Notes under the pieces: generated by a model
Told to the model about the DNA's origin: nothing
Databases searched by the model: none
What the model saw: the letters and a program-made list of their open reading frames with translations, nothing else
Translations under genes and position numbers: made by a program
From: Candidatus Versatilivorator sp.
GTDB lineage: Bacteria; Acidobacteriota; Terriglobia; Versatilivoradales; Versatilivoraceae
Direction of reading: 5' to 3'
Assembly (NCBI GenBank): GCA_965207735.1
Contig: OZ242296.1
Location: 1,952,001 to 2,016,000 of the forward strand
Length of the DNA: 64,000 nt
Part shown: piece by piece, positions 30,040 to 40,404 of the stretch
Position numbering within the stretch: the first letter of the stretch is position 1
How the letters are laid out: every line of letters starts with the position of its first letter

Positions 30040-30290
30040 GTGGAGAGTGGAGAGTGAAGAGTGGAGAGTGATTCGGTTAACGGGTTTGGAATTGTCCATC
30101 GATTTCAGCCAGGGGATCAATATCCGATACGACCCTGACGACGGCATATGTTGCTTTCTTGCTCCTAAAACTCTCCACCAACACTCTTTACTTCGAGCCG
30201 TGAGAGTGATAGGGCGATCGTCTACAAAACTCTCCACTCTCCACTTTCCATTCATCATTCATCACTCATCATTCATCATTCATCATTCAC
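30040..30290. repeat. Heptamer tandem repeats (GTGGAGA)n, inverted (CTCTCCA)n and (TTCATCA)n between rplY and pth
   Basis: GTGGAGAGTGGAGAGTG at 30040-30070, its reverse complement at 30229-30245, then about 6 TTCATCA-like units; a related tract lies at 36905-36935. Confidence 0.8.
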
Positions 30291-30954
30291 TACCGGCTTC
30301 CTCTTCCGACTCGCCCCTGCCCTTCCCGATCACTTCCGGCCCCTCTTCCTCCTCCAGCCCTGGTGCGGCAACCTCTTCGGCCTCTACTGTCTCCTCCTTG
30401 GGCTGAACCACGTGCGCCACCACCAGATCGGAGTCGGACAGGACCTTCAGCTTGGGGCCCACCGGCAGGTCGGCCACTCTCAAATTGGAGCCGATCTCGA
30501 GATCGGAGATATCGGCAGTGATATGTTCCGGGATGTCCGCCGGCAAACACTCCACTTCAAGCTGCCTCAGGACAAACTCGAAGATGCCTCCTTGATCCTT
30601 AACCCCTATGGCTACTCCCACCGGCAGTACCGGCACACTGACCTGCAAGGCATTGTCCATTGCGATCCGCAGGAAGTCCGCGTGCAGCAAGTTCTCCTTG
30701 ACGGGATGGAACTGCCACTCCTTCAGCATGACGCTGGTTGTTCCCTGATTCTTGACGTCGAGCGAGAAGATCGTATTGTATCCCGCGCCGGAGTGCAGGA
30801 TAGCCAACAGGTCCTTGGGGTCCACGCTCAAGGAGATCGCCGCTTCCCGCTGACCGTAGAGCACGGCGGGAATCCTGCCCTGGAATCGCATCTGGCGCGC
30901 GGCGTTCTTGCCGAAACTGGACCGGATCTCAGCTGACACTTGGATTGATTTCAT
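30283..30954 (-). CDS. rplY: 50S ribosomal protein L25/Ctc
   Basis: GRIPAVLYG, QFHPV, HADF and IPEHI motifs. Confidence 0.95.
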   Translation of the reverse strand: MKSIQVSAEIRSSFGKNAARQMRFQGRIPAVLYGQREAAISLSVDPKDLLAILHSGAGYNTIFSLDVKNQGTTSVMLKEWQFHPVKENLLHADFLRIAMDNALQVSVPVLPVGVAIGVKDQGGIFEFVLRQLEVECLPADIPEHITADISDLEIGSNLRVADLPVGPKLKVLSDSDLVVAHVVQPKEETVEAEEVAAPGLEEEEGPEVIGKGRGESEEEAGSE

Positions 30955-31023
30955 GGTTGACTCTCTGGTATCAGTCTCTTCATGGATATCTTTTTCCGTA
31001 GCCTGCCGGTCTGAGACAGAAAG

Positions 31024-31965
31024 CTAGATGAAAAGCGAACTGACGGAACTCTCCTCATGAATGGACTGGATGGCCTTGCCCAGAAGCCCGGCTACGCTAA
31101 GAACTCGAATGTCCCGGCATTGGGAGGCCTCGGGTGACAAGGGAATCGTATCGGCCACCACCAACTCGGTCAAGTTGGACCCGGCGATTCGTTGGGTGGC
31201 GGGCCCCGACAGCACCGGGTGGGTGCAGCAGGCGTAGACCCGGGTGGCTCCCTGCTTCGCCAGCGCCTCGGCCGACTTGACCAGAGTGCCGGCCGTATCG
31301 ACCAGATCATCCACGATGACGGCCGTCCTGCCGGCCACGTCACCAATGATATTGACCACCGCCGCTTCGTTGGGCTTGACGCGGCGTTTGTCGATGATGG
31401 CCAGACTGGCGTGCAGTTTCTTGGCGTAAGCCCGGGCTCTCTCCGTGCCTCCGGCATCCGGAGAAACCACCACCAGGCCGGGAAGATGCAGCTTCTGAAA
31501 ATACCCCATCATTACCGGCGCGGCGAAGAGGTGATCCACCGGGATGTCGAAAAAGCCCTGAATCTGAGGCACGTGCAGATCCATGGTCAGAGCCCGGCTG
31601 GCCCCGGCGGTCGACAACAGGTCGGCCACCAGCTTGGCTGAGATGGGGACCCTCGGTTTGTCCTTTCGGTCCTGTCGGGCATACCCGAAATAGGGAAGGA
31701 CCGCCGTGATCCGCCTGGCGGAGGCCCTCTTGAAGGCGTCGATCATCAGCAGCAACTCCATCAGGTTCCGGTCCACCGGACGACAGGTCGGCTGAATTAC
31801 GAAGACGTCCTCTCCCCGCACGTTCTCCAGAATTTGGAAGTATCCCTCTCCATCGCTGAATCTCGTGAAAGAAGACTCGCCCAGGGGGACGTTCAGCGAC
31901 TGACAGATCTCCCCGGCCAAGGCCCGATGGGCAGTTCCCGTAAAGATCTTCATGCCGTTCGTCAA
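31024..31965 (-). CDS. prs: Ribose-phosphate pyrophosphokinase
   Basis: FSDGE, YFGYARQDRK, VSPDAGG and VDDLVDTAGT motifs. Confidence 0.97.
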   Translation of the reverse strand: MTNGMKIFTGTAHRALAGEICQSLNVPLGESSFTRFSDGEGYFQILENVRGEDVFVIQPTCRPVDRNLMELLLMIDAFKRASARRITAVLPYFGYARQDRKDKPRVPISAKLVADLLSTAGASRALTMDLHVPQIQGFFDIPVDHLFAAPVMMGYFQKLHLPGLVVVSPDAGGTERARAYAKKLHASLAIIDKRRVKPNEAAVVNIIGDVAGRTAVIVDDLVDTAGTLVKSAEALAKQGATRVYACCTHPVLSGPATQRIAGSNLTELVVADTIPLSPEASQCRDIRVLSVAGLLGKAIQSIHEESSVSSLFI

Positions 31966-32031
31966 GAGACCTTCACCTCTGAATCTTGTATTTCAGGGGA
32001 CCGTCGATCGTAAGTGTTTCGGGGAGACAGT

Positions 32032-32106
32032 TGGCTGGGGCGGGAGGATTCGAACCTCCGAATGCGGGTTCCAAAGACCCGTGTCTTACCACTTGACGAC
32101 GCCCCA
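32032..32106 (-). tRNA. tRNA-Gln(UUG)
   Basis: TGGGGCG...CTTTGGA anticodon loop...GGTTCGAATCC...CGCCCCAGCCA; 75 nt with encoded CCA. Confidence 0.96.
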
Positions 32107-33018
32107 TTATCCGATGGCCCTCGGGAGACATTCGACAAGGGATTGCCGGTATTCACCCCGGGTCAGGGTTCGAGTCGCCAGGAGGCGGACACCCCCGGCC
32201 CGGAGAGCTTCTTTGGCCTGTGTCAATGCTCCTTTTTCGTCAAAAAGACCCACAAGCGCCGAGCCGCTTCCGGTGAGGCCGGCTTTCCGGGCGCCCCGTT
32301 GGAGGAGTCTCTGCTTCAGGCGCTTCAGGTCAGGCTGTTCCCTGAAAACCACCGTTTCGAAGTGGTTCTCCAGCCCATCCCCTGACTCCAACGCGTCTAA
32401 GAAGGCTGGACAGAAGAGCGGAATCTTACTTTTGTTCACCGGGGTTGTCAACCGCAAACTCGCCCTGCGATAGGCCTCGGCGGTCGGCATCGGCCGGGAG
32501 GGAAGAACGATCAGGACATGGCAGGGGGCGGCGTCTTCCAGTGGATAGACCTCGGAGCCTCGCCCCACTCCCAGCGCCCGTCCGCCCAGAAAGAAGAAGG
32601 GGACGTCCGACCCCAATGCGCCTCCGATCTCGAACCAGTCCCGCCGGGACATTCGCAACCCCAGCAGACGGTTCAACCCCATCACGGCAGCGGCGGCATT
32701 GCTGCTCCCCCCGCCGAGGCCGGCCCCCTGGGGAATTCTCTTCTCCAGTCGAGCCTCCAGCCCCCACTCCAGCCCCGCATGGCGGCAAACGGCCTCCATG
32801 GCCCGAACCACCAGATTGTCACCGGAGTTCAACTCGGCCCAGTTGCACTGGAAGGACACCCCCTGCCCTTGGGTGAGCCCAATCTCCAGCGTGTCGTGGA
32901 GACCTATAGCCTGGAAGACGGTGCGAATCTCGTGAAAACCGTCCTCTCGTTTCCCCAGGATATGGAGTCCCAGGTTCACCTTGGCGTAGCTGCGCAGCTT
33001 GATTCGAGCCGGTTTCAT
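32107..33018 (-). CDS. ispE: 4-diphosphocytidyl-2-C-methyl-D-erythritol kinase
   Basis: AKVNLGL, KRIPQGAGLGGGSSNAA, LGSDVPFF and LTGSGS motifs; ATG 33018. Confidence 0.95.
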   Translation of the reverse strand: MKPARIKLRSYAKVNLGLHILGKREDGFHEIRTVFQAIGLHDTLEIGLTQGQGVSFQCNWAELNSGDNLVVRAMEAVCRHAGLEWGLEARLEKRIPQGAGLGGGSSNAAAAVMGLNRLLGLRMSRRDWFEIGGALGSDVPFFFLGGRALGVGRGSEVYPLEDAAPCHVLIVLPSRPMPTAEAYRRASLRLTTPVNKSKIPLFCPAFLDALESGDGLENHFETVVFREQPDLKRLKQRLLQRGARKAGLTGSGSALVGLFDEKGALTQAKEALRAGGVRLLATRTLTRGEYRQSLVECLPRAIG

Positions 33019-33033
33019 GGTAGTCTTGCGCGC

Positions 33034-33062
33034 AAAAAAGCCCAATCCCTCGAGATTGGGCT
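33034..33062 (-). terminator. Intrinsic terminator-like hairpin
   Basis: On the minus strand AGCCCAATC-6 nt loop-GATTGGGCT followed by a T run, just after the TPR gene stop. Confidence 0.5.
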
Positions 33063-33085
33063 GTATGGGTCGAATCCGCCCCCGG

Positions 33086-35161
33086 CTACTCGTCATCGGC
33101 GGACAAGGCCAGCTTGGTGTCCAGGTCCGCCATCTTCTTCTTGACCTTCCGGGTCTCCTCCTCGTCCTGCCCGTAGGCCACCGAGCGCTGCCAGGCAGAA
33201 CGGGCCTGCCGGTATTTCCCTTTCCGGTAATACAAGTCTCCCATGTGGTCGTGAAGGGTGGGGTCGCGGCGAACACGCTCCAGGGCGCTCACCAGGTAGA
33301 CCTCCGCCTCCTCGATGCGATCCAATTTGAAATAGATCCAACCCAGGCTATCCAGATAGGCGCCGTTATTGGGATCCAGGGCCACCGCCTGCTTGATCAG
33401 GTCCAGCGCCTCGTTCAGGTTGACGCCCAGGTCGGCCCACATGTAGCCGAGGTAATTCAAGGCGGATGCGTGCTTTGGATCCAGGGCGATCACCTTCCTG
33501 AAAGTCTCGGCCGCCTTGTCGTATTCCTTCCGGCGCTCCTGCAGGGCCCCCAGCAAGAAGTAAAAGGACTTTTCATGCTCGAAGTACTTCCGGGCTTCAT
33601 GAAGCTTCTCTTCGGCTTCCTTGAATCGCTTCTCCCTCTGGTAGATCTGCAGGATGTAGTGGTAGATCTCCAGGTCTTCCTTGTTGCCCTCCAGCATCCC
33701 CTGCAGTTCCCGCAATGCCTGCCGGGGTTTTCCACTTTCGGCCAGCACATCGGCGCAAAGCGCGCTGATGGCTCGAGTCGGGGTCTGTTCCCCGGCGGCC
33801 GTGCAGACAGCCAAGGCTAGGGGAACCTGCCTGGCCGCTCGATGGAGTCCAATCAGCAAAACCCTGGCCCGGTTCCTGTTTTCCGTACCCAGAACTCTCA
33901 GATTCTCCTGTTCATGGCCCAGATAGGCTTCCCCGAGCTGCTGCAACTCCTGGAAGTGGCCGGCGGCCTTCTCGAATTTTCCCAGTTCCTGAGCAGCCAG
34001 GCCGAGATGGGTCAGCGAAATGGTGCGGTTGCGCACGGCGCCGAAACTATCGCCCGGATCGCGTAACAGATTCAGCATCCTTTCAAAGCCCGCCTCCGCT
34101 TCCTCAAACCGACCCAGGTCATTGTAAAGCCTGGCCAACTCGAAGATGACTTCCACGTTGTTCTGGAACGAGGCATCGGCTCTCTTCAGATGCTGCAGGG
34201 CCTCCTGGTAACGGTGGCGGGTGCGGCTGACCCTCCCAAGGCCCAGGTGGGCGGCTCCATCATCCGGATCGACTTCCAGGATCTTGCGGTACTCCTTTTC
34301 GGCGGGATCGATCTGTCCGTCGAGTATCAGGGCGCGAGCCAGATCCCTGCGGAGCACATTCACCAGTGTCACATTGGCGGCCTCGACGTTCATGCCCTTC
34401 CGGTAAGTCTCGGCGGCCTTCTTGAAATTGCCCGACTGCTCATAGACCTGGCCCAGCCCCCTTAGAAGCACGGGAGAACCGGCGTTGATCCGGACCGCTT
34501 TTTCCTGATATTCGACGGCTTTCTGCAGCTCGTTCCGGCTGCGATAGAGCTCGGCGAGCATGCTCAAGGCCTCTTCGGAGGAGGGCGCCACTTCCAGGTG
34601 TTTCTCCAGGGTGGCAATGGCTTCCCGGGAGCGCCCGGCCTGGCCGTAGAGGCGGCCGAGCACCAGCAGCGAGTCGCCGTCCTGGGGATCCAACCGCCCA
34701 ATGGCCTCAAATTCGCGGATCGCCTTGTTCAAGCTGTCCCCGGAAGGGATTCGGTGCCCCCGTCTTTCGCTGGCCAGGAGTTCGTAATAGATGGCCCCCA
34801 GGCGCTTGCGGGCTCGCAGGTTGTCCGGGTCGATACGGGTCGCCGTTTCCAACTGCTGGATGGCTTCCAGGACTCGGTTGTTTCGAAGGTAGGCGCCGGC
34901 TACTTCGGTATGCAGCTGGGAGGACTGCGGGTCGTGCTGCAGCGCTTTGCGATACTCGGCCTCGGCCTTGAAAAAACTGCCGCTCTCCTCCAGCAGACGC
35001 CCCAGGCTGAAGTGATAGTAGGCGGCGGCTCGATTCACCGACGGGGCTTCCGCCTGGACGGGCGCGGAGTCGGACTGCTGGACCTGAACCGTGGCCGTCC
35101 AGAAGACCGCCAGCGCAGCCAGCAGGCACCTGTTGCCGATGCCCAGCGTTGGATAGTTCAT
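33086..35161 (-). CDS. Tetratricopeptide repeat protein, probably exported
   Basis: Many TPR units; C-terminal ALNYLGY...YLDSLGW motif; hydrophobic N-terminus; ATG 35161. Confidence 0.88.
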   Translation of the reverse strand: MNYPTLGIGNRCLLAALAVFWTATVQVQQSDSAPVQAEAPSVNRAAAYYHFSLGRLLEESGSFFKAEAEYRKALQHDPQSSQLHTEVAGAYLRNNRVLEAIQQLETATRIDPDNLRARKRLGAIYYELLASERRGHRIPSGDSLNKAIREFEAIGRLDPQDGDSLLVLGRLYGQAGRSREAIATLEKHLEVAPSSEEALSMLAELYRSRNELQKAVEYQEKAVRINAGSPVLLRGLGQVYEQSGNFKKAAETYRKGMNVEAANVTLVNVLRRDLARALILDGQIDPAEKEYRKILEVDPDDGAAHLGLGRVSRTRHRYQEALQHLKRADASFQNNVEVIFELARLYNDLGRFEEAEAGFERMLNLLRDPGDSFGAVRNRTISLTHLGLAAQELGKFEKAAGHFQELQQLGEAYLGHEQENLRVLGTENRNRARVLLIGLHRAARQVPLALAVCTAAGEQTPTRAISALCADVLAESGKPRQALRELQGMLEGNKEDLEIYHYILQIYQREKRFKEAEEKLHEARKYFEHEKSFYFLLGALQERRKEYDKAAETFRKVIALDPKHASALNYLGYMWADLGVNLNEALDLIKQAVALDPNNGAYLDSLGWIYFKLDRIEEAEVYLVSALERVRRDPTLHDHMGDLYYRKGKYRQARSAWQRSVAYGQDEEETRKVKKKMADLDTKLALSADDE

Positions 35162-35252
35162 TCGTCTCCTCGACCCTTCATCTTTCCGGATTATCGCATG
35201 CGGCATGGACCCCGTCAAACCGACGCCGACAGCGGCGCGGCCGTGCCGAACC

Positions 35253-36821
35253 TCAATGGCGGAAGTGTCGCCTGCCGGTCAAGACCATGGCCATCCCATG
35301 CTCATTGGCCGACTGGATCACCTCGGAATCCCGGACCGATCCCCCGGGCTGGATCACGGCCCGGATGCCGGCCTCGGCGGCGATATCTATCCCGTCCCTG
35401 AAGGGAAAAAAGGCGTCGGAGGCCATGACGCAACCCTCCAGCGACGCCAGGGCCTTGGAGATGGCCAACCTGGCCGAATCCACTCGACTCATCTGCCCCA
35501 CCCCGATCCCCACGGTGCGGTCGGAGCTGGTATAGACGATGGCGTTGGACTTGATGTGCTTGCCCACCGTCCAGGCAAATCGGAGGGCCTCCCACTCCTC
35601 GGATGTGGGGGAGCGGTCGGTGGCCACCTTCCACCGGTCCTCATCCTCCGGCGCTCGATCCACTTCCTGCACCAGCAGGCCTCCTTCGACCCTTTTGTAG
35701 TCCCAGCGGGAAGGCCGAACCTGCGTGGCCTCATATCGAAGCAACCGCAGGTTCTTCCTGGCGCGCAGCCGCTCAAGCGCCTCCGGCTCGTACCCGGGGG
35801 CGATCACCGCCTCCACGAAGGTAGAGGCAATGGCTCGGGCCGTCTCCGAGTCGACCGTCCGATTGAACCCCAGGACAGAACCAAAGGCCGATACGGGATC
35901 GCATTGACGGGCCTTGAGATAGGCGTCGGCTTGGCTGACCCGGGAGATAGCCACGCCGCAAGGATTGTTGTGCTTGATGATGACCGCGCAGGGAGAAACC
36001 AGTTCGGCCGACAACTGGTAAGCCGCGTTGAGATCCAGCAGGTTGTTGAACGACAGTTCCTTGCCTTGCAGCTGGTCGCTGTCGGGCAGCAGATTGGCTC
36101 CATCGGCCGACTCTCGATAGAAGGCCGCCTGCTGGTGGGGATTCTCTCCGTAACGCAGGTCCATGACTTTTTCCAGGGCAAGGCTCAGCCGGCGCGGGAA
36201 ACCGCCCGGGGCGGGCTGGATGCCTTCGCCGGAGGCTTCCAGACGGGAAAGATGGCTCGAAATTGCCGCATCGTAGCCGGCGGTCAGGCTGAATGCCTCC
36301 TGAGCCAGGCGGAACCTGGACTCCAGGGTCAGGCTTCCCCCTTGGGCCTCAAGCTCTTGAAGGACCCAGCCGTAGTCTTCCTTCCGGACCACCACGGCCA
36401 CGTCCCTGAAGTTCTTGGCTGCCGACCGAACCATGGCCGGACCGCCGATGTCGATCTGTTCAACGGCTTCCTCCAGAGTGACTCCGGGCTGGGCGACGGT
36501 CTGCTGGAAGGGATAGAGGTTGACCACCAGCATGTCGATGGGATGGATGGCCTGCTCCTGCATCTGCCGCTGGTGCTCCCCGTCCTTCCGGATCCCCAGC
36601 AGTCCCCCGTGGATCTTGGGATGGAGAGTCTTGACGCGGCCCCCCAGGATCTCCGGAAACCCAGTCACTTCCGACACTTCGGTGACCCGGGCTCCGCTCT
36701 CCCGCAGGAACCGGGCCGTCCCTCCGGTGGAGAGGATTTCGTAGTCGAGGCGCAACAAACCCTTGACGAAGTCCTGCAGACCCTCCTTGTCGGAGACGCT
36801 CACAAGCACTCGGCGACTCAA
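35253..36821 (-). CDS. purH: Bifunctional AICAR formyltransferase/IMP cyclohydrolase
   Basis: [28 protein letters not shown] and ASDAFFPF motifs. Confidence 0.97.
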   Translation of the reverse strand: MSRRVLVSVSDKEGLQDFVKGLLRLDYEILSTGGTARFLRESGARVTEVSEVTGFPEILGGRVKTLHPKIHGGLLGIRKDGEHQRQMQEQAIHPIDMLVVNLYPFQQTVAQPGVTLEEAVEQIDIGGPAMVRSAAKNFRDVAVVVRKEDYGWVLQELEAQGGSLTLESRFRLAQEAFSLTAGYDAAISSHLSRLEASGEGIQPAPGGFPRRLSLALEKVMDLRYGENPHQQAAFYRESADGANLLPDSDQLQGKELSFNNLLDLNAAYQLSAELVSPCAVIIKHNNPCGVAISRVSQADAYLKARQCDPVSAFGSVLGFNRTVDSETARAIASTFVEAVIAPGYEPEALERLRARKNLRLLRYEATQVRPSRWDYKRVEGGLLVQEVDRAPEDEDRWKVATDRSPTSEEWEALRFAWTVGKHIKSNAIVYTSSDRTVGIGVGQMSRVDSARLAISKALASLEGCVMASDAFFPFRDGIDIAAEAGIRAVIQPGGSVRDSEVIQSANEHGMAMVLTGRRHFRH

Positions 36822-37084
36822 GGCGGAACCTCCCTATTGACTGGATGCCTTCAAAAAGCGCCATCATAGTCTGGAAGCCACCGGTCCGCAAGACGGATCG
36901 GTCGGAGAGTGGAGAGTGGAGAGTGGTCAGTAGTCAGCCACCCACCCGTCCTGCCGGGCGGATCATTCGAGGAAAAACACCCAATCGTCACTCGCAGACA
37001 ACATCTCGATATCGCTTGTCACACCCCCCCAATCAACAAGTCGAGGCGTTTGCAAGATTCGGCAGCGGGACCTTTGCCGGGAAT

Positions 37085-37205
37085 GGCCACAAAAGGCACA
37101 AAAACACAAAAAGAACCATCGGATGGGCAAGTCTCGAAATCAAGAAACTCGTTTTGTGCCTTTTGTGCTTTTTGTGGTTTCTGTTGTCTCTTGTGCTTAT
37201 CGTGG
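37085..37205. repeat. Dispersed repeat family C copy (9-bp units CCACGAAGG/CACAAAAGG in inverted arrangement)
   Basis: GGCCACAAAAGGCACAAAAACACAAAA ... TTTTGTGCCTTTTGTGCTTTTTGTGG; related tracts at 2905, 11180, 43980, 48680, 52400, 57170, 61110 and 63200. Confidence 0.7.
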
Positions 37206-37346
37206 TGAATGCTGGAGCCTGCAGCACATCATCCTTGCCGCCTCAATGTCATTCCCGATTGCGATATTTGCAAAAGGCTCCTTTTGTTTGAGCTAAGTGG
37301 CGCCCCCTATCCACGACTCTCCGGCCGGTGGTATCCTAGACCGGCC

Positions 37347-38750
37347 ATGGCTCGAACCTCGTCGCCGTCCCTCCGCCGGATTCCGGCAGTGGACAGGATT
37401 GTCGACAGTCCCGGGGCGGCGGCCCTCATCAGCCGCACCAGCCGTCCCTTCGTCACCTTGCTGGTCCGCAGGGTCCTGGAGAACCTCCGCCAAGAGCTGG
37501 CGAGCAACCCCGAAAAGGAGTGGCCGGCCCCGACGCTGGAGGACCGCATCCAGGAAACCCTGCAGCAGGAGTTCCGCTCCTGGGCCTGTCCCACCCTGAA
37601 GAAGGTCATCAACGCCACCGGCGTTGTCCTGCACACCAACCTGGGACGGGCGCCGGTCGGAGATACGGCCCGCCGGCAGTTGGCGGAAGTCGCCTCCAAC
37701 TACTCCAACCTCGAATTCGACCTGGGTCGCGGCAGCCGCGGCAAGAGAGACGTCATTGCCGGCCGCCTCCTGGAAACGATTCTGGATTGCCCGCGAGCCC
37801 TGGTCGTCAACAACAACGCCGCGGCCGTGTTCCTTATTCTCAACTCCCTGGCCGAAGGGGGCGAGGTCCTGATTTCCCGCGGGGAGATGATCGAGATCGG
37901 CGATTCCTTCCGGATCCCCGACATCCTGCGCAAGAGCGGCGCTGGCCTGAAGGAGGTGGGCACCACCAACAAGACCCATCTGAGCGACTACCGGCAGGGC
38001 TTCACCGACAAGACCAGGCTGGTGCTGCGAGTGCATCCCAGCAACTTCAAGATCTCGGGCTTCACCTCCAAACCGAGCCTGGAGGAGCTGTCCGCCCTCT
38101 GCGCCTCCAGGTCCGTCCCTCTGGTGGAGGACCTGGGCAGCGGCTGCCTGATCGACCTCGAGGCCGAGCGGATCGAACCCGAACCCCATCCGCGGGAGAG
38201 TCTTTCTCGAGGGGCCGACCTGGTCTGCTTCAGCGGTGACAAGCTGCTGGGCGGTTCCCAGGCCGGCATCATCGCCGGAAGCTCCCGCTATCTGCAGAGA
38301 ATCCGCCAAAACCCCCTCTTCAGGGCGCTGAGACTGGACAAGCTGGCCCTGGCGGTTCTGGAGTCCACTCTGATTGCATATCTGACCCGCCGGGAGGAGC
38401 TGGAGATTCCGGTGGTGCAGATGATTCGTATGGAGGCCGGCCGCCTGAAAGAGCGGGCAAGCCACCTGGTGGCGCGCCTTTCCGGGCTTCGAACCGATCT
38501 GACCATGGAGGTGGTCGAGGGCGCCTCCGTCATCGGGGGAGGGTCAACTCCCTCCCAGAGCCTGCCGAGCTGGCTCCTCCGACTGCGCCCCTCCGCAACC
38601 TCGGCCGCCGGGCTGGAGGCTCTGCTGAGGCAATCGGACCCGCCCGTGCTGGCGCGCCTGGACCGGGAAGCCGTCCTGCTGGATCTGAGAACCGTCTTCC
38701 CCGCCGACGATGCCCGTTTGGCCGACATCCTGAGCCGGATAGGCAAATAA
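37347..38750 (+). CDS. selA: L-seryl-tRNA(Sec) selenium transferase
   Basis: VINATGVVLHTNLGRAP, VNNNAAAV, EVGTTN, EDLGSG and FSGDKLLG motifs; ATG 37347. Confidence 0.95.
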   Translation: MARTSSPSLRRIPAVDRIVDSPGAAALISRTSRPFVTLLVRRVLENLRQELASNPEKEWPAPTLEDRIQETLQQEFRSWACPTLKKVINATGVVLHTNLGRAPVGDTARRQLAEVASNYSNLEFDLGRGSRGKRDVIAGRLLETILDCPRALVVNNNAAAVFLILNSLAEGGEVLISRGEMIEIGDSFRIPDILRKSGAGLKEVGTTNKTHLSDYRQGFTDKTRLVLRVHPSNFKISGFTSKPSLEELSALCASRSVPLVEDLGSGCLIDLEAERIEPEPHPRESLSRGADLVCFSGDKLLGGSQAGIIAGSSRYLQRIRQNPLFRALRLDKLALAVLESTLIAYLTRREELEIPVVQMIRMEAGRLKERASHLVARLSGLRTDLTMEVVEGASVIGGGSTPSQSLPSWLLRLRPSATSAAGLEALLRQSDPPVLARLDREAVLLDLRTVFPADDARLADILSRIGK

Positions 38751-38813
38751 TCCGCAGGTTGCCGTCCTTCCCCGCCCGGCCGCCGGGTGCATGAATTTGC
38801 AAGAGGTGCTCCC

Positions 38814-40352
38814 ATGAATGCCAAGCCCAATATCCTCTTCATCCTGACCGACCAGCACGCACCGCGGGTGGCCGGGTTTGCGGGCGACCCCGTCGTGCGT
38901 ACTCCCCACCTGGACGACCTGGCCTCCCGATCGGTGCAGTTCGAAACCGCCAGTTGCGCCTCCCCGGCCTGCACCCCGTCGCGGATGTCCCTGCTGACCG
39001 CCCTGGAACCGCACCGCTGCGCGGCCTGGGCCAACCACTGGATCATTTTTCCCGAACTGGTGACCTGGCCCGGCCACTTTTCCGAGCACGGCTACGCCAC
39101 CTGCCTGGTGGGTAAAATGCACTTCGGGGGCAAGGATCAGTTGCAGGGATTTCAACACCGGCCTTTCGGGGACTTCCATCACGGCCTCTCCCATCAACCG
39201 GAGCCGCTGAGCTTTTTCCCCAGCTACCACAACGCGGAGAGCGCGGGGGTCACGGAAATCCCCGAAAGCCTGCTCCAGGATGTCGTGGTCACCCGCGAAG
39301 CCCAGGCCTTTCTACTGGAACACCAGGACCGGAAGCCGGAGCAGCCCTGGTTCCTCTGCGCCGGTTACGGTCGGCCTCACGCCCCCTTCACCGCACCGGG
39401 CCGCTATATCCGCCGCTACCGGGGCCGGACTCCGCCCCTGGAACAACCCGCCGACAGCGCGAACCGCCTGGAACCCTACGCCCGCCGCATGTACGACAGG
39501 CTCTTTTGCCACTTGACCGAGGAACAGATCCGGAAAGGACGGGAAGGCTACTACGCCTGCGTCGACTACGTGGACGACTGCATCGGGGAACTGCTGGACA
39601 CCCTCCGGCGAAACGGCCTGCTGGAAAACACCATCGTCATCTACACCAGCGACCACGGGGAGATGGGTGGGGCTCACGGCCTGTGGCAGAAGTCGATCTA
39701 CTATGAGGAATCCATGGGAGTCCCTCTTCTTATCACGGGTCCCGGGGTTCAATCCGACCATTCTCGCGTATCCGGGGTGGTGTCCCTGATGGACCTTTTC
39801 CCGACCTGCTGCAGCCTGGCCGGCCTCCCCATTCCCCCGGGTCTGGACGGGATGGATATCAGCCCGCTCTTGCGGGATCCTGCCGGGGGACGTTCTCCTC
39901 GCGAGTTCGCACCCAGCCAGTATTGCGATTGGGGGACCCGCATCAAGACCCATGCCCTTCCCATCGGGCAGCCGACCCGCGCCTGGCGGGCCATCCGCAC
40001 CCGTGACTGGAAATACGTGGAGGTTCAGGGAGGAAAACCGCTGCTGTTCGACATGGCCGACGATCCCCGGGAGATGGCCAACCTGGCCGAGCGGCCCCAG
40101 CATGCCGAGCAATGCGACAGGCTGCGCCGGCAACTCTTTCAGCGGTTCGACTGGGAGGAGGCCATGGCTCAGCTGCGGGCCGACCGCCAGCGGATACCGG
40201 CCCTTGTCTCGGGCATCAAGCCCTCCACTCCCAACCAGTACCGGTTGCCGGACGGACGAACCTTCGATGCCGAAGCATCGCTCTATGAGGCTCGCTGGCT
40301 GCCCGTGGACGACAACGCCACCGGGGGAATCATTCCCCAGCAGTTCGGTTAG
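38814..40352 (+). CDS. Formylglycine-dependent sulfatase (choline-sulfatase-like)
   Basis: PNILFILTDQH, CTPSR (CxPxR), GKMH and YTSDHG motifs. Confidence 0.92.
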   Translation: MNAKPNILFILTDQHAPRVAGFAGDPVVRTPHLDDLASRSVQFETASCASPACTPSRMSLLTALEPHRCAAWANHWIIFPELVTWPGHFSEHGYATCLVGKMHFGGKDQLQGFQHRPFGDFHHGLSHQPEPLSFFPSYHNAESAGVTEIPESLLQDVVVTREAQAFLLEHQDRKPEQPWFLCAGYGRPHAPFTAPGRYIRRYRGRTPPLEQPADSANRLEPYARRMYDRLFCHLTEEQIRKGREGYYACVDYVDDCIGELLDTLRRNGLLENTIVIYTSDHGEMGGAHGLWQKSIYYEESMGVPLLITGPGVQSDHSRVSGVVSLMDLFPTCCSLAGLPIPPGLDGMDISPLLRDPAGGRSPREFAPSQYCDWGTRIKTHALPIGQPTRAWRAIRTRDWKYVEVQGGKPLLFDMADDPREMANLAERPQHAEQCDRLRRQLFQRFDWEEAMAQLRADRQRIPALVSGIKPSTPNQYRLPDGRTFDAEASLYEARWLPVDDNATGGIIPQQFG

Positions 40353-40404
40353 CCGCCATTCACTATCCAGCCGGCTTGCCGTTCGGAAAGGAGAGGGAGA
40401 CTCC

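Noticed and set aside
37347-38750. Selenoprotein genes or selB/selC near selA
   Set aside because: No tRNA-Sec, SelB or convincing in-frame UGA read-through seen in this window
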